Assembly: GCA_965287045.1 (NCBI GenBank)
Contig: OZ336883.1
Span: forward strand, 31,744,001 to 31,808,000
Length of the DNA stretch: 64,000 nt
Source: Carcharhinus amblyrhynchos
Taxonomy: Eukaryota
Reading direction: 5' to 3'
Part shown: piece after piece, positions 10,562 through 23,900 of the stretch
Layout of the letters: every line of letters begins with the position of its first letter
Numbering within the stretch: the stretch's first letter is position 1
Notes under the pieces: generated by a model
The model's database searches: none
Told to the model about the DNA's origin: nothing
The model's input: only the letters and a program-made list of their open reading frames with translations
Made by a program: the position numbers and the translations under genes

Positions 10562-11387
10562 CTTGTTATTAGCAGCTGTTTGCATGCCTGTGTTTATGTA
10601 ATGATTGAGTTTGTCATTTGGCGACTTCAGAATATTTATTGGGCTTCTTTCTTCATAATCTGGAACAGGTGTACAGAAATAGTCAGATTGGAAGATTGGT
10701 ATTGTATAATGATGGGCTGAGAATTCTACCAAAAACCATACTTCAATATATGTAAACCAAACGGTACATTTAATATGATCTCAGCTGGAGTGGTGAATGG
10801 TATATCAAATGCCATTTTCAAACGTGGTGCAGATAAGAATGCCTCTTTCACCACGTCAGCTTTACTATCTGGTCTTGCTAATTGATAGCTCAGAGATTTA
10901 ATGGCAGTATGTTGAATTTCGATGAACAATCTTAAGAAAAAGTAGTGAAGAGCAATTTATAATTTGTCAAGGAAAATTGTTAGTGGTTTACTCCTAATGC
11001 AACACTTGCTACTTGGGGAAATTGTCAAACAGTTGGGAAAATCTGAAGATCTGCTTTAATGTTTCTGCATCAGCTAAAGAATAGTCCACAGAACTGCTAA
11101 TATAGCTCAGCATCCTGTCTTCATTGTAAAACTTTCAGCTGAAGTTCTGTTTTGATACTAAGCTTGCTGAACCATAAATCTCAACTATTCCTCATGCTCC
11201 ATTTAATGCTGTACTGCATTTTGGGACACTGATAACTCATTTTCTCCTGGAAAACCAAACACAACTGCCATAATTCAGTAGTTACATCACAGTTTTAGCT
11301 ACTAATGGGCCTAATGAATGATCCAGTAATTCTGGGATGGAGCTTCTCAAGTTGATTAAAGCACTTCAGTCAGCTCTGATTTCCGTT
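10562..11387 (-). pseudogene. LLTP-like pseudogene remnant, C-terminal region
   Basis: Acceptor ttttatgctag| and donor AAG|gtgaga. Contains abutting 67- and 85-codon minus ORFs plus MAVVFGFPG; frameshifted. Homology is weak and by eye. Confidence 0.35.
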
Positions 11388-12419
11388 CTAGCATAAAACA
11401 AAGTAGAAAGTTTGTTAACAAGTTCACCAAAGCAACACCCATTATAGTAAAACTGTATATTAGTTCTTGTATACATACGATAAATGTGCTTAAAATAATT
11501 TTTGTTCTGGAACAAAATTGGGTATCTGTTTGAAAAATAGGGCACAAACTTGTGGTTGTAATGTGTTTCTTTTTTCATGTTGCCCACTGGATGACACTGA
11601 GATAATTTCAGTGGAAAATAAATGTTTGATTATTTAAATTCGCTCAATCTGAAAAATCCAGAGCCCTCATCTACTAAGAGGAGTCCAGTCGACGTACCGG
11701 AATTTAATGAATTAAAATGTTCATCGGCGTTGTACTTTGTACAATGAGTAATGAGTTGTACAGATTAAGAAGATAATTAAATTCAGTTCTGAGTTATTTT
11801 ATCACAAAGCTGGGGAAGATAGGGATGTTAATTTTGTTTTATTGGTCAGTGAAAGCCAATAAGCTCTTGTGACGGATATCCAATAACCTCCTAATAAAAC
11901 ACGGATGTGCTGATGTTGGCCAAAGATAGACGTGAGCTCGGTTGTGATAATTCTACTGTTAATTCCACCCTGCCCCAACCCTCGAAGAGTAAAATAACCT
12001 GCCTTGTTGAAGTTTGTCTTTAAGACTGTCATGGGGAAAAGCATTGGAGATGCCTGGCATCTCTGGAGCTGTACCCAGCAAGGAGGGAGAGCAGCAAGTT
12101 AATTATCAGCAGCCCTAAGTAGGTCAAGGATACCTGAGAACTTCACTAATTGTCCAGCTGGATAATTCAGTGTATCAGCTAGTATCTGCACTCTCGCTTT
12201 CTCTTTTTAGAATTGCTGAAGTATTGGTACTTTGACCGGACTAGATTTATTGCCTTAGTGTGTTAAGCAATTGTGCCAGTTCAGAAATGTTTTCCCACAC
12301 TTCCTGATGGACATTAATGGAGATTAAATGATCCATGTTGCCATTTTGGCTCTACTATTTTAAAATAAATAAATATTTAATGTAGATCTTTGTTGTATTG
12401 CTGATATCAGACCTGACCT

Positions 12420-12790
12420 GAGAGATTGAGGAAACTGGGCCTGTATTCTCAAGTTTCAGAGAACAAGAGGTGATCTCCTCATCAAAACTTACAAATTTCT
12501 TACAGGGTGGATGTAGGAAGGATGTTTCCCCTGACTGGTGAGTCCAGAACCAGAGGATCCCATCTCAGAATATGAGGATGGTGAATTTTTGGAATTCTCG
12601 ACCTCCGTGGACTGTGGAAATTCAATCACTGAGTATGTTCAAGACCAAAATCGATAGAATTCTGGTGACTAACGACATTGAGGTATATGGGAATAGAGCG
12701 GGAAAGTGGTGTTGAGATAGATGATCAGCCGTGATCTGTTTGAATAGCAAAAGAAGCTTGATGGGCTGAATGGCCTATTCCTACTCCTGT
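12420..12790 (+). mobile_element. CR1 LINE 3' end
   Basis: RGDL..YK.L-type ORF2 end and the 3' tail atgggctgaatggcctattcctactcct. Confidence 0.75.
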
Positions 12791-13299
12791 GATCCCTGTA
12801 TGATTATGGAAATGAATTTTTGGATTCTTGTGGGGTTAGTAGAATCCATGAGGTTCTCAGAGACATTTATAAGCGACATTTATAATATGAATTCAAAAAG
12901 TAGGGTAGAGTAACTTAGTTGCTAGCTGCCTGCATGTACACATGCACTGAGCTTGGTTCTCTAATTTTGTTATTTGAAACATAATCAGTGAGACAGTATT
13001 GTGGGGAGCAAGATGTAGGATTCAAATAAAAACACACAATGGTGAAATATGAATGGTGTCTGTTTGTATATTTATTGGCTGCTTTGCCCTGTCACACGTC
13101 TGCTCTGGGAATTACCAAAGATTTTTTGCGTGCATCCAGCTTCAGCCTTGACTGGCTTCAAATTAATATTTCTGGAAATGGATATTAGTAATCTTAGAGG
13201 CAGAAAGCCATTTGCACATTCCCAAAAGGCTTTGAAAACCATTGTTTTAACTAAATTTGTGATCTGTTACCCTCTTTGATACATTAAAAGAAAAAGAGC

Positions 13300-14440
13300 A
13301 GAACTTGTGTTTATGCAGAAGCTTTATCATGTCTTCAGCACATCTCATAGTTCTCCGTGTTCAGTGAATAACTTTTGAAGGGTAGTCACTGTTATGTATG
13401 TAAGCAGAAATAGCGACCAATAGCACAAATCAATATACAACTAATTAAATTACTATGTTGTGGGTTGTAGTTCAGGAGAGAACATTAATCTAAGCACTGG
13501 GGAGCTCTGTGTTCTTTGAATAATATCATAGGATCCTTTACATCATTGTTCCCAACCTTTCATGCTAGAAAAGATTTTGAGGCACATCTCCTATTTTCTG
13601 CAACTGAACTGTCCTCTTGCAAAAAACCTTTACCTCTAAAACTTCCTTAAAACACATCAAGCCGCATTTAATACAATTTTCGTTAGTTTAAGTGAAAGCC
13701 TTATCATTTGCATGTCAAATATCTAGGGCCTGTTTCTCCTTTTCTTAACTTTATCAGTTCCTGTTTCTTGTCTCCTTCCCTTACTGGAAATTTCATTTTT
13801 TTCCTTCTCTGTGCCTCACTCCTGTTTGTTTTTTCAACTTCTTTCTCTCTCCCAGGCTTTTGTGTCCTTTTGTGTTTCTGTTTTTTGTGCAGACCCCTGG
13901 GGCCTTTGTCTAACTCCATAGTTGACATCTCCAATTCCCAAAGGACCTAGGATCTTCTGTACATTTGTAAACTAGGAAAGGGCCCCACATGCGCAGTGCT
14001 GATTTTTTTTATATATCAGTTAGGCCCATGAGCATGCTGCTGACCAATATTTAAAAATCTGAACCGTGCATGTGCAACCCATTCCCACCTAGTGTGTGCA
14101 CTGTTTGGATTACCAACAGCACATGTTTGGCTCATTCCCAGCCAGCGCATGAGTGGGAGGCCCAAGGTTCATCAAGATTTGGAGATGCTGACCACAAAGC
14201 AGAAAATGAAGATTAGATTTAGTTTATTAACATTGGTGTTTAATCACCTTGAATCTTATTTTGCGGCTCACTTGTGGAGCCTTTGCCATGGCACACTGGT
14301 TGGGAATCTGTGATCTAAGATGTCTCAGTTGGGGGCCTCAGTTTAACAACAGATACAATCCTTCTGATGAGGCAGCATTCTCTTAGTGCTGAACTGGAAT
14401 GTCAGCAAGCCTATATTTGCTGAAGCTATGGAATGGTTCT
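13300..14440 (-). mobile_element. Deu-SINE (SacSINE1-like) split by a hAT insertion
   Basis: Deu-domain-like sequence at 13300-13543 resumes at 14311-14440. Confidence 0.55.
13544..14310. mobile_element. Non-autonomous hAT (Charlie-like) DNA transposon
   Basis: Imperfect TIRs CATTGTTCCCAACC (13544) and GGTTGGGAATCTG (14298-14310), with Charlie-like subterminal tgccatggcacactggttggg. Confidence 0.6.
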
Positions 14441-14459
14441 AGTTTACAGCGTAGATCTT

Positions 14460-14830
14460 GGTGGTATCACTCTATGCTCTCCGTCTGAAGGTTATGGTTC
14501 CAAACCCATTCCAAAGATTTGAGCTATAATATAGGCTGATACTTTAGAATGGTACTAAAGGAGTATTGCTTTCTTGGAGGTGTCCTTTTCTGAACAAACA
14601 TTAAACCAATTTCCTGTCTGTCTGCTGAGATGGATGCAAGAGTGGCATCATTTGGTGAAGAAGGGTTCTTATGCTATCCTGACAAGCATTTATCTTTCAA
14701 CAAACACAATTTTTAAAAAAAAATTCAAAAATTCAAAAGCTGCTTTGAGGTGTTGCTGTGTGGAAATGTAGGCTTTGCCTATAATTGTAACTCCACTTAA
14801 AATTACATTGTAGGATATCCCAAAATAATC
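14460..14830 (+). mobile_element. Deu-SINE (SacSINE1/AmnSINE-like)
   Basis: tRNA-like head followed by the Deu-domain-like ggaggtgtccttttctgaacaaacattaaacc...ctgtctg...atttatctttcaac. Confidence 0.6.
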
Positions 14831-14849
14831 TAAGGTCATTAGAAAGTGA

Positions 14850-15050
14850 TACGACCAGAAGAGCTTTCTTCCTTCAGAATCAGAAAGAAATCAATGGAGT
14901 CGCACATCTTTCTCCTTTGCTCTCCCTGAAGTATGGGCTTGCTAGCTGCTAATTTTGCCCATTTCTGTGTCTCTAGCACCATTTACTTCATGCACAGATC
15001 AGAAATTTGGGGAATTCATCAGTACTTGGTGGAGGAAATATTTAAATCAG
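14850..15050 (-). pseudogene. LLTP-like pseudogene remnant, C8-like exon
   Basis: Phase-1 acceptor tatgtaacag| matches the phase-1 donor of the 15563-15778 remnant. Reads DLNISSTKY**IPQISDLCMK*MVLETQKW. Confidence 0.3.
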
Positions 15051-15562
15051 CTGTTACATAAAGTTTGGAAACCAAGAGCAGGATTATTTTGTATGCTAAT
15101 TCTATACTTGAGTCTCCAATTTGTGTATATTGTACTTGTTTAATTATGCAGTTAATTTTCATTTTGGACCATGCAATGAATATACTTGTAAAACATTTAT
15201 TTTCTGAAACTTCCGTCCCAACTGAATATTTGGTTAAAATCAATGCATTTATTTCAAACCAGTTTAACTTTCCTACTTGTATTATCTTTGAGACACTAGT
15301 GTCTCATTAATTTTGGGTGTTAAAGGTGCAGGCGATTAGCATTGTTGCAGCCCTTGTGCACTTGCCTTCATCCTTAAGCTGTCTGAGCCTTAGATAATAG
15401 ACATTGGATTTCCCTGCTTACTAAGTTGAGACCGCCTATTCTTTAGTCAACAGTTCCAACTATTGAGCTGTTTTCATCAAATGAACCATTAATTTTTAGG
15501 ACCCAAAAAGACCTATCACTTGATCATAGGTCAAACCTGTCCAATGCCTTCAAATTACTCAC

Positions 15563-15778
15563 TGTCTTCTCCAAACACAATCAGTTTTTTTTGCCAGTTT
15601 GTACTGCAGCCTTCTCCACTGCTTTACAAACTTTTGTGTGTGGTAGGTCCTGCTTCAAAATTTTGCAACTCCAGGGCACATATCCCCTGCCTGATTTCCA
15701 AAAGATGGTGCATAGGAAGATAGTGCTAACACTGAAGAAAATCATATCCAGAAACAACGTGCAATTGGTCAACAGACA
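15563..15778 (-). pseudogene. LLTP-like pseudogene remnant, VWD-like exon
   Basis: Acceptor aattttctctttcag| and donor A|gtgagt. 216 nt with the phase 1-1 frame preserved and two stops: SVDQLHVVSGYDFLQC*HYLPMHHLLEIRQGICALELQNFEAGPTTHKSL*SSGEGCSTNWQKK. Resembles the VWD C-terminal half (GLLG..DNEAG...WQ). Confidence 0.45.
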
Positions 15779-16694
15779 CTGAAAGAGAAAATTAAAGCGA
15801 ACGCACATTTCTCTGACACTGCACCCCAGTGTGTGGACAGACATTGCTCCAGTTTAGAAAACCTCATGTGTTTAGTAATTTGTTCTGAAACTGTCGACAT
15901 CACTTTGGTAACAATCTAATTTATGCCACATTGTATTTAAATCTTTCTTCTAGTGAACGATTTCCTTTAATCACCTTGTCAATGCCCTTCATTGTCAGGA
16001 AGATGTTGACATGTTCACTTCAAAGTTCTTTTTGATATTTTCCTCTACATTCTGAAGGTGAAAGTATCTCTATTATGAGATAACAAGTCTATGAACAGAC
16101 CTCTAAATGGCATCCAACCAACATCTCAAAAAACGTTACCTTCTAAATTCTATTCAGTCCCTTTTGATGTGAAGTAGTGCCACATTTGCCTTTTTTAACC
16201 ACAGTAAGCCCTCCTGATTTACACAATGAAGGAATGGTGCACTGCAGCCCCTATTTCTCACCTTTGTCCTCAATAATTCAATAATGCCTTTGGCTTACTA
16301 ACATTTATCAATCTCTGTTTTAAAATTAACAATTCTATTGAACCAGGATCAATTCCCATTTGTGGAAGAGAGTCCCAGACTTCGATTGCCCTTTGCTTGA
16401 GGTACTGTTTCATAATTTCACTCCTGAAAGGTCTAGCTCAAAAAACCTAAGTCTTAAACTTATCAGCTAATGGAAATAATTTCTCTCAATCTATCCTATT
16501 AGTTCCCCTAGTATCATAAAAACTTTGATTAACCTTCTCAATTCCAGGAGTAGCAATCCTAGTTTATTTAAACACTCTTCATAGCTTAATCCTGGGATTA
16601 AACTTATTCTACGCTTTCTCCAAGACCAATATATCCTTCCTAAACTGCTCATAGCACTCAAGGCTTGGATTATTGAATTATTTTACAATAATTC

Positions 16695-16827
16695 ATATTG
16701 CATCTGATACCAATTTAAAAAATCCAAATCCTTCAAAATCTATTTGTACTGCCTCTTCTGCAATCAAAAAAAAATTTTGTTTTTTGTTTATCCCTTGGTT
16801 CAATTCGATATAATTTTATTAATACAA
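16695..16827 (-). pseudogene. LLTP-like pseudogene remnant, start of VWD-like domain
   Basis: Acceptor ttttgctatttcag|. Reads KLYRIEPRDKQKTKFF / (1-nt shift in a T9 run) LIAEEAVQIDFEGFGFFKL; IDFEG (16729-16743) resembles the VWD TFDG motif. Confidence 0.4.
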
Positions 16828-18145
16828 CTGAAATAGCAAAAGTCTAAATACCAGGACATTCTTTCAATTTCTATCCAACCTGAAAAGTTCTAACGAAAGG
16901 CTATTGATTCTCTTTTTTTAGAGTCACTCAAATAAATTCGAAACGTTTTGTCTGCTTCAGATATTAATTATTGATGTAGAACTTTGTGGAGAGCATTCAG
17001 GAAAATGAAATTCCTTTTTTTGCCAATTTTTCAGTGTCCTTTCTGGGGTGGTATTGGCTAATTGCTGGTTCCTTTTAGTGTTAGCATCATTTTGTATTAA
17101 TCTCATTTATGAACCCTGCCATTTGGCATTAAGAGCTAATCACCTATGTGCATGGGAGAGTGGTGGAATTAGGTATGCAGATCAAATTCCCATTAATGTA
17201 ACATTGAATGATTTTCTTTCTGGAGTGTGTTTAATTACTCTCTCATTTCCAAGTACCTGTTCCAAATTTGGCAAACTTGCATAAATGTTGGAGCATCAAT
17301 ACTGTCAGTCCTATTCTCCTTTTAAGATTCATTTGTGTAAGTTGGCTGGAACAGGTTGTTTATCTATTTTCAGAGCACTTAAATATGTAATTACATTTTT
17401 ATTTGCGTAGATTTTCCATTCCTGTTGCTGAGACTCTGACATGGTAAATTGCCCTTCTTTCTAATAAAGATAGGTGTGGGTTAGACTATTTATTTACTTT
17501 CTCTGTCCCTGGATGCTTCATTGCCAATATCATGGTTAAATGGATCGATGCGTCCTAACACTCTCTTTTTTTCCAAATATGTTTATAGTAAGTACCGTTC
17601 CAAATGTTCAGAGTTGTCGTCAAGCGTCTTGACTTTTAATTATTGTCTTTTAATCCATCTTTCCTATTACTGATTCTACGGGCTAATCCATTCCTATAAA
17701 ATCAAAGAGATGATTGATCTGGATATTTCAGAACAAATTTTTTGATGTTAGCTGAGGGGAAAAATGTTAGCCAGGTTACTGAACTGCACCAACTTACCCT
17801 TTCTGTCCCACTTTCTCACTCATTCTGCATCCCAGCCTGCTAATAGCAAGGCCGGTTATAGAAACTCCATTGTAGCCTTGAATGAGATGGGCCAGTCATG
17901 CAGATCAAGAATCAACTGAGGCATTCCTAGAGCATTAGACTTACTTTTGCCCCAGATAATGTATTTGCAAATGACTTGTGTTGTTGTAAAGGATGCCCAT
18001 TTTTCTGGATCCATGTGAAATCCTCTAATTGTGAATTTATATCTGTTGCACTATAGTGAAGTAATAAGAACAAACAATGAACTTATTGATGTAAGGGTGC
18101 TATTCTGATGTTCTTGCCTACTTCGATGTTTTTCCTAGGTTGTGA

Positions 18146-18514
<369 letters not shown>

Positions 18515-19019
18515 TAATATAGAATCCAAGCATGCAGTTTTTTACTTGTACTGGAAATATTAATGCATATTATAAATATAGCTTGGTTAAGTTTGCAGCA
18601 AGGAAGAAATGTTGGCGCTCTTCAATGCATGTCCAATCTTCCCTGGTTGATGAGATGCCTTGATTTACTTGCTCAGCTGCTGTATTTAATTTTCAAGCAC
18701 GGCCATTTCCTTAATTGGAGATTAATCTGTTTTTCGAATCTTCTCAATGCATGATGGTAGAAAATGAGTAATCCTGTATTTTTTGATGTTTAGGAATATG
18801 AAGACTCTTGCAGAAATAACTTGTTATTCATCTTGTACAGCACATATATAAGCTTTGGGGATATAATTGTATATTATTATACTTTTGAACTCTACCATCT
18901 ACATGACTAGGTAGATATTTAAAATGTCAAGGCTTAGTCAAAGAAGAGTAAGATTACTTCCTCTCTCAAATCTATACTATTTATATCTATTTTATATGTT
19001 TTGCTGTTGCAGACATTGC

Positions 19020-20510
19020 TTTGGAGAGGAATGGAATATAAAAGCAAGGAATTCTCTTTACAATTGTATAGGACATTGATGAGACCACATCAAGTGTATT
19101 GTGTAGAACTTTATTCTCAATTAATAAAGGATATACCTGCATTGGAACCTGAACCTTCAAAGGAGATTCACACGGCTGATTCCAGAGATGAAAAATTGTC
19201 TTATGAGGGAGAGATAAGCAGGTTAAAAGTTTAGAAGGATGGGAGATGATCTTACTGAAATGTATTAGATTCTGAGGGGGCTTGACAAGCTAGATGCTGA
19301 GAGATTTTTTGATGTTAGCTGAGAGAATCTAGAATTAGGGGCATGGTTTAAAAATAAGGGGTCTCTCATTTAAGACCATAGACGAGGAAGAATTTCTCCC
19401 AGGGGCCGTTAATGCATGGAATTATCTTCTCCAGAAAGCAGTAAAGACTGGGTGATTGAATATATTTTAAGGGTGAGTTGGACAGATTTTTGATTGACTA
19501 AGGAGTCATGAGTTCTGGGGCTCAGGTAGGAAAATGGAGATAAGGCCACAATCATATCAGTCATTATCTTATTGAAAGGCTCTGTGGGCTGAATGACCTA
19601 CTTCTATTTCTTATGAACAGTTGTTCCATTTGACTGCAGGATAGTCAGTGCCCTCAAAGTAATTCATTAACTGAAGTGCTTTGAGATGTTTTACTATATA
19701 AATATATTAGTTCAAGAGGACATAAAGACCCTACAAATGGATATAGATAGGTTAAGCGAGTGGGCAAAAATATGGTGGAATGGAGTATAATGCAGGAAAA
19801 ATGTGAACTTGTCCACTTTGGCAGGAAAAACTGTACATAATTTATTTGGAGAGAATGCAGATCTCTATGATATAGAGGGATTTGGGTGTCTAGGTACATG
19901 AATCACAAAAAGTTGGCGTGCAAGGTACAGCAAGTGATTAGGAAGGCTAATGGAATGTTGGCATTTGGAGAATTGAGTGTAAATGTTGGAAAGTGTTGCT
20001 GTCACAGCTGAATGGAGCCATTGTGAGTCTTCATCTGGAGTGCTATGTACAGTTTTGGCCTTTTTACTTAAGAATATGATTTCATTGGAAGCAGTCCAGA
20101 AAAGGTTCACTTGACTAATTCCTGGCACGAAGGGATTAGTGTATGAGGAACAAGTTGGACTTGTACCCATTGGAGTTGAGATGATATTCAAACATATAAG
20201 ATCCTGAGGGAATGTGACAGGTTGGGTGCTGAGAGGATGTTTTTCTCTGTGGGAGAGTATAGAGCAAGATACATAGTTTAAAAATTAAGAGTCTCCCATT
20301 TAAGACAGCAATGAGAATTTTTTTTCACAGAAGCCTATGGAATGTTCTTCCTCAGAGATACAGAGGCTTGGTCATTGAATATATTCAAGGCTGAATTACA
20401 CAGATTTTGATAGCCAACGATGTCCAGGGTTAAGGAGTTCAGATAGATGGGTGAAGTCAAGGCCACACTATTATCTTACCGCAGGGCCAAATGACCACCA
20501 CCTGCTCCTA
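19020..20510 (+). mobile_element. Two tandem CR1 LINE 3' fragments
   Basis: LYRTLMRPH..YCV-type ORF2 motifs and CR1 tails at ~19590-19610 and ~20480-20510. Confidence 0.75.
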
Positions 20511-20712
20511 GTTGTGTAAGTGCCCTATGCTGGGAATCTATAATCCACTTTACATTTCATCAGACTACTCCATTTGCTTTTAAATTTTAGCATTAATGGA
20601 GTCTGATGTGAGAACTGGATTTAACTTTGCCATCAAAGGTGCTTGGCTATTTTAGAAATTTTGATAAGGGGAGATTGACACTGGGGACAAAATATTATGC
20701 TTTAACTTTATT

Positions 20713-20995
20713 GCACAATGGTTAGCACTGCTGCCTCACAGCGCCAGGGACCCAGGTTCGATTCCCGGCTTGGATCCCTGTCTGTGGAGTTTGCACATTC
20801 TCCCTTTGTCTGTGTTGGTTTCCTCCAGGTGCCCTGGTTTCCTCCTGTAGTCCAAAAGATATGCAGGACAGATGAATTAGTCATGCTAAATTCTCCCTCT
20901 GTACCCAAACAGGCACTGGAATGTGGTGATTAGGGGATTTTCACTGTAACTTCTTGCAGTGTTAACGTAAGCCTACGTCTGACTAAAACTTTACT
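20713..20995 (+). mobile_element. V-SINE with type-2 tail
   Basis: gcacaatggttagcactgctgcctcacagcgccagggacccaggttcgattcc head, V-domain, and tail ...gcagtgttaacgtaagcctac. Confidence 0.88.
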
Positions 20996-23900
20996 TTTAC
21001 TTTGAAATCTCGTTAATTGATTGCATGTGGAAATATGACATTAATTTTAGGGCACCCCTCCAAAATGCTGAGCACCATTTGAGAGAATTAGATTTTTTAA
21101 AGACTTGCATTTTGCTGACCAGCCAGATGTCTCAAAAGTGCTTATAGCCAACAGAGTACTTTTGATATATAGTCATTTTAAAAAAAAAAGTAAGTTATGA
21201 TTTGAACCGCAGCCTCATGCCTTGAAAAAGAGAGAAGGGAATTTAATGGGGCCCATTTTGCTGTGACAATAATGGTGAGACTAAAAGTTCTTACTGTTAT
21301 TCACAAGTTGGACAACAATAACCAGTGGTAACACATGCACATTTAACTTTGAAATTCCTGAAATTGCTGATTTGAGATACACAGCCTCTCCAAAAGCTGC
21401 ATGAAAATTACATATCAGGACCTGGTTCCCCCATTAAAATACATTGAACAACGTGACATTCCTGTCCTAGCTATGTAGATACAAAAGCACCAAAAACAGT
21501 TAGGCCATACCCATTTCAGTGACAGAACTTTTCTAATTGCATGATATCTTAAAACCACCTCTCTGGCACTGAGATGTAACATTTAGCATGTAATCTCATT
21601 CCTTCAGCTTTTAATTATTGCTGGTGATGCAAACTTTTTTTTAACCTTTTCTTTGTCTCTCTCTTTATCTTTCTATCCAACCCTTCCTTCCTGCTCTTTA
21701 TTTCACTTTTTCTATCTCTTTCCATTATTCAAATTTTAAAATTCCTGGTCCAGGTCATATGCTGCCCATTAATAATTCTTCAATCAGCTTGGTTAAGGAG
21801 ATGCATTGTTGCTTGCTCCATTCAGACAGGTTCCAGATCCCTCGCAGAGGGCAATTATCAGCTTGACATGTGAAAGCCCAAAAAGAGTCAATGGGTAAAT
21901 TGACAAACAGCTGGTGCTGGTTTAATCACCACTCAGAGTACAATCCAACCAGAAGAGAATGAGCTGTCCAATCAATTTTTTTGGTGCACTTTGTCAGGAT
22001 AGAAACATCAAAAATAATAAATACTCAAATACAAATGTGACAAGTGTCAAATACTGTACAAAAAAATAGTGTGAAAATTAGCCCCTTTAAAAAAAATAAT
22101 TTCTTCACACATTTCCCCAAATAATGAATTCCTGATTCGCTCAGTTGCCTTGTACCTCACTGGAAAAGCAGCAGAATATACAGTCATTTTTTTTAGTCTA
22201 ATGCCATCACCAGAAATGCAGTGATTTTTTTAAAAAAAAATCTAATCTGTTCTCAAATCCCGATAAGATTTCTACACATTGAAACACTTCTTTAAAACTT
22301 AAGAAATATGATCACTGTGTAACCTTCCAGCTGTGTATAGAATTTCATTGAGTTGAATTAGAAAGAAAGGAATCCAAGATGTGAGTTGAACCATTTCTCC
22401 TGAGGCATGTAGGAGCTAAGATCTGAATCAAGAACATGCAGGAAGCTTTTCTTCTGCCAACAATAGTCTATGTTCTGCCAGATACCTGATACCATGTCCT
22501 TAAAAAGCTTAAATGAGCATCAAGTTGCCTTGAGAATCAGATATTTGTTGTAATGGTCAGAATTTTCAAAAGGTAGACTAGTTCTTTAAAATAAAATGCA
22601 GCATTAACCGAGCACTGCAGAAATGAGTCCATGTGATGAACCAAATGGTGCAATGCAATGACATTTGTAGAGCAACTGCAGTCACCTAATTGAAAACTGA
22701 TGAACATGTGGGGCACATGGCCGTATCTATTAAACGTGTTTCACTTTTACTGCAATCATATTTACATTTCGAAATTCCTGTTTTTCTTTAAAAGCAGTTT
22801 CCTGAGTTTCTAAAAGATTGGTTCAATAATACACCAGGTATCAACCTATTTTGTATGCATGTCAATCTGTTAGTGTTAGCCTGGATGAAAATATTAGCTC
22901 CCGTTTAAATGCTGTTATTTGCTACAGAGTGAATAATAGTGCTTTTAATTTAAAAAAAAGGTAAAAATAAGTCCACTGTCATTGCAACTGTTGCCAAATG
23001 TTCAGCTGTTAAAAGTTTTAAGTTACCTTTGTGATGATTACTTTGTTGCTATGTATACTGAGATAAAGCTTTGTGTGCTATTCAGTGAACATATTATGAT
23101 TACAAAATCAATTAGCTGAGATTTCATGGCATTGAAGGAATATTAAAGAATGATATTGGGTCTTGCTGATATTAAAACTGCAATGTCAAGATTTGTGATA
23201 TGGTGCCATATACTTTGTGCTCTTTCACACCTTATTGGGCTTCTGTAATTTACATATGAATGAATTAACTAAAAGCTGCTTTTGCTTTTAGAACAATGCA
23301 GCACTGAAAAAGGCCCTTCGGCCTAACTGGGCCATGCCGAACATGGTGCCCTCCCACCTAATCCCAATTGCCCCAGTTTGGCCCATATCCCTCTAATCCT
23401 TTTTGGGATTTTCTTTAGCCTTATCAGCCAGATCCATCTGAAACCTTTTTGCTCTCCTGATTTCTCTCCTAAGTGTACTCTTACACGTAATGGTTTTTGG
23501 CCCCTTGTTTTGGTCTCTCCCACAAGAGGAAGCACTCTCCTCTACATGCACATTAACAAATGCCTTGGTAATTTTAACAATTTTCTGTTGTTATGATATT
23601 CTATGAAAATTTACCTTAAAGTCAGGTGTAAGTATAATTGGTTTGAATTACAAAATAGAGTGGTTATAGCAGAGAGTGAGGCCATTCAGCCCATTGTTTT
23701 TATGCTGGCTCTCTGTAAGAGCAATTCTGCGAGTTCTGCTCACCTATCCTTTCCTGTAGTCCCAGCAATTTTTTTCCTATATTGCTGAAAAGAGAAGCTT
23801 TTCGTATTGCATTCACCCAGACCAATGCAAGAACACCAAATTTTAAATAATTTGCACCACAGGAGACAAGGGGGCTGATTGGTTGGCAAGTTGACTCTGG

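Noticed and set aside
13704-13950. Lys/Glu-rich and Phe/Leu-rich opposing ORFs
   Set aside because: Low-complexity pyrimidine tract inside the hAT element.
20713-20775. tRNA-like A/B boxes in SINE heads
   Set aside because: Part of V-SINE copies, not tRNA genes.
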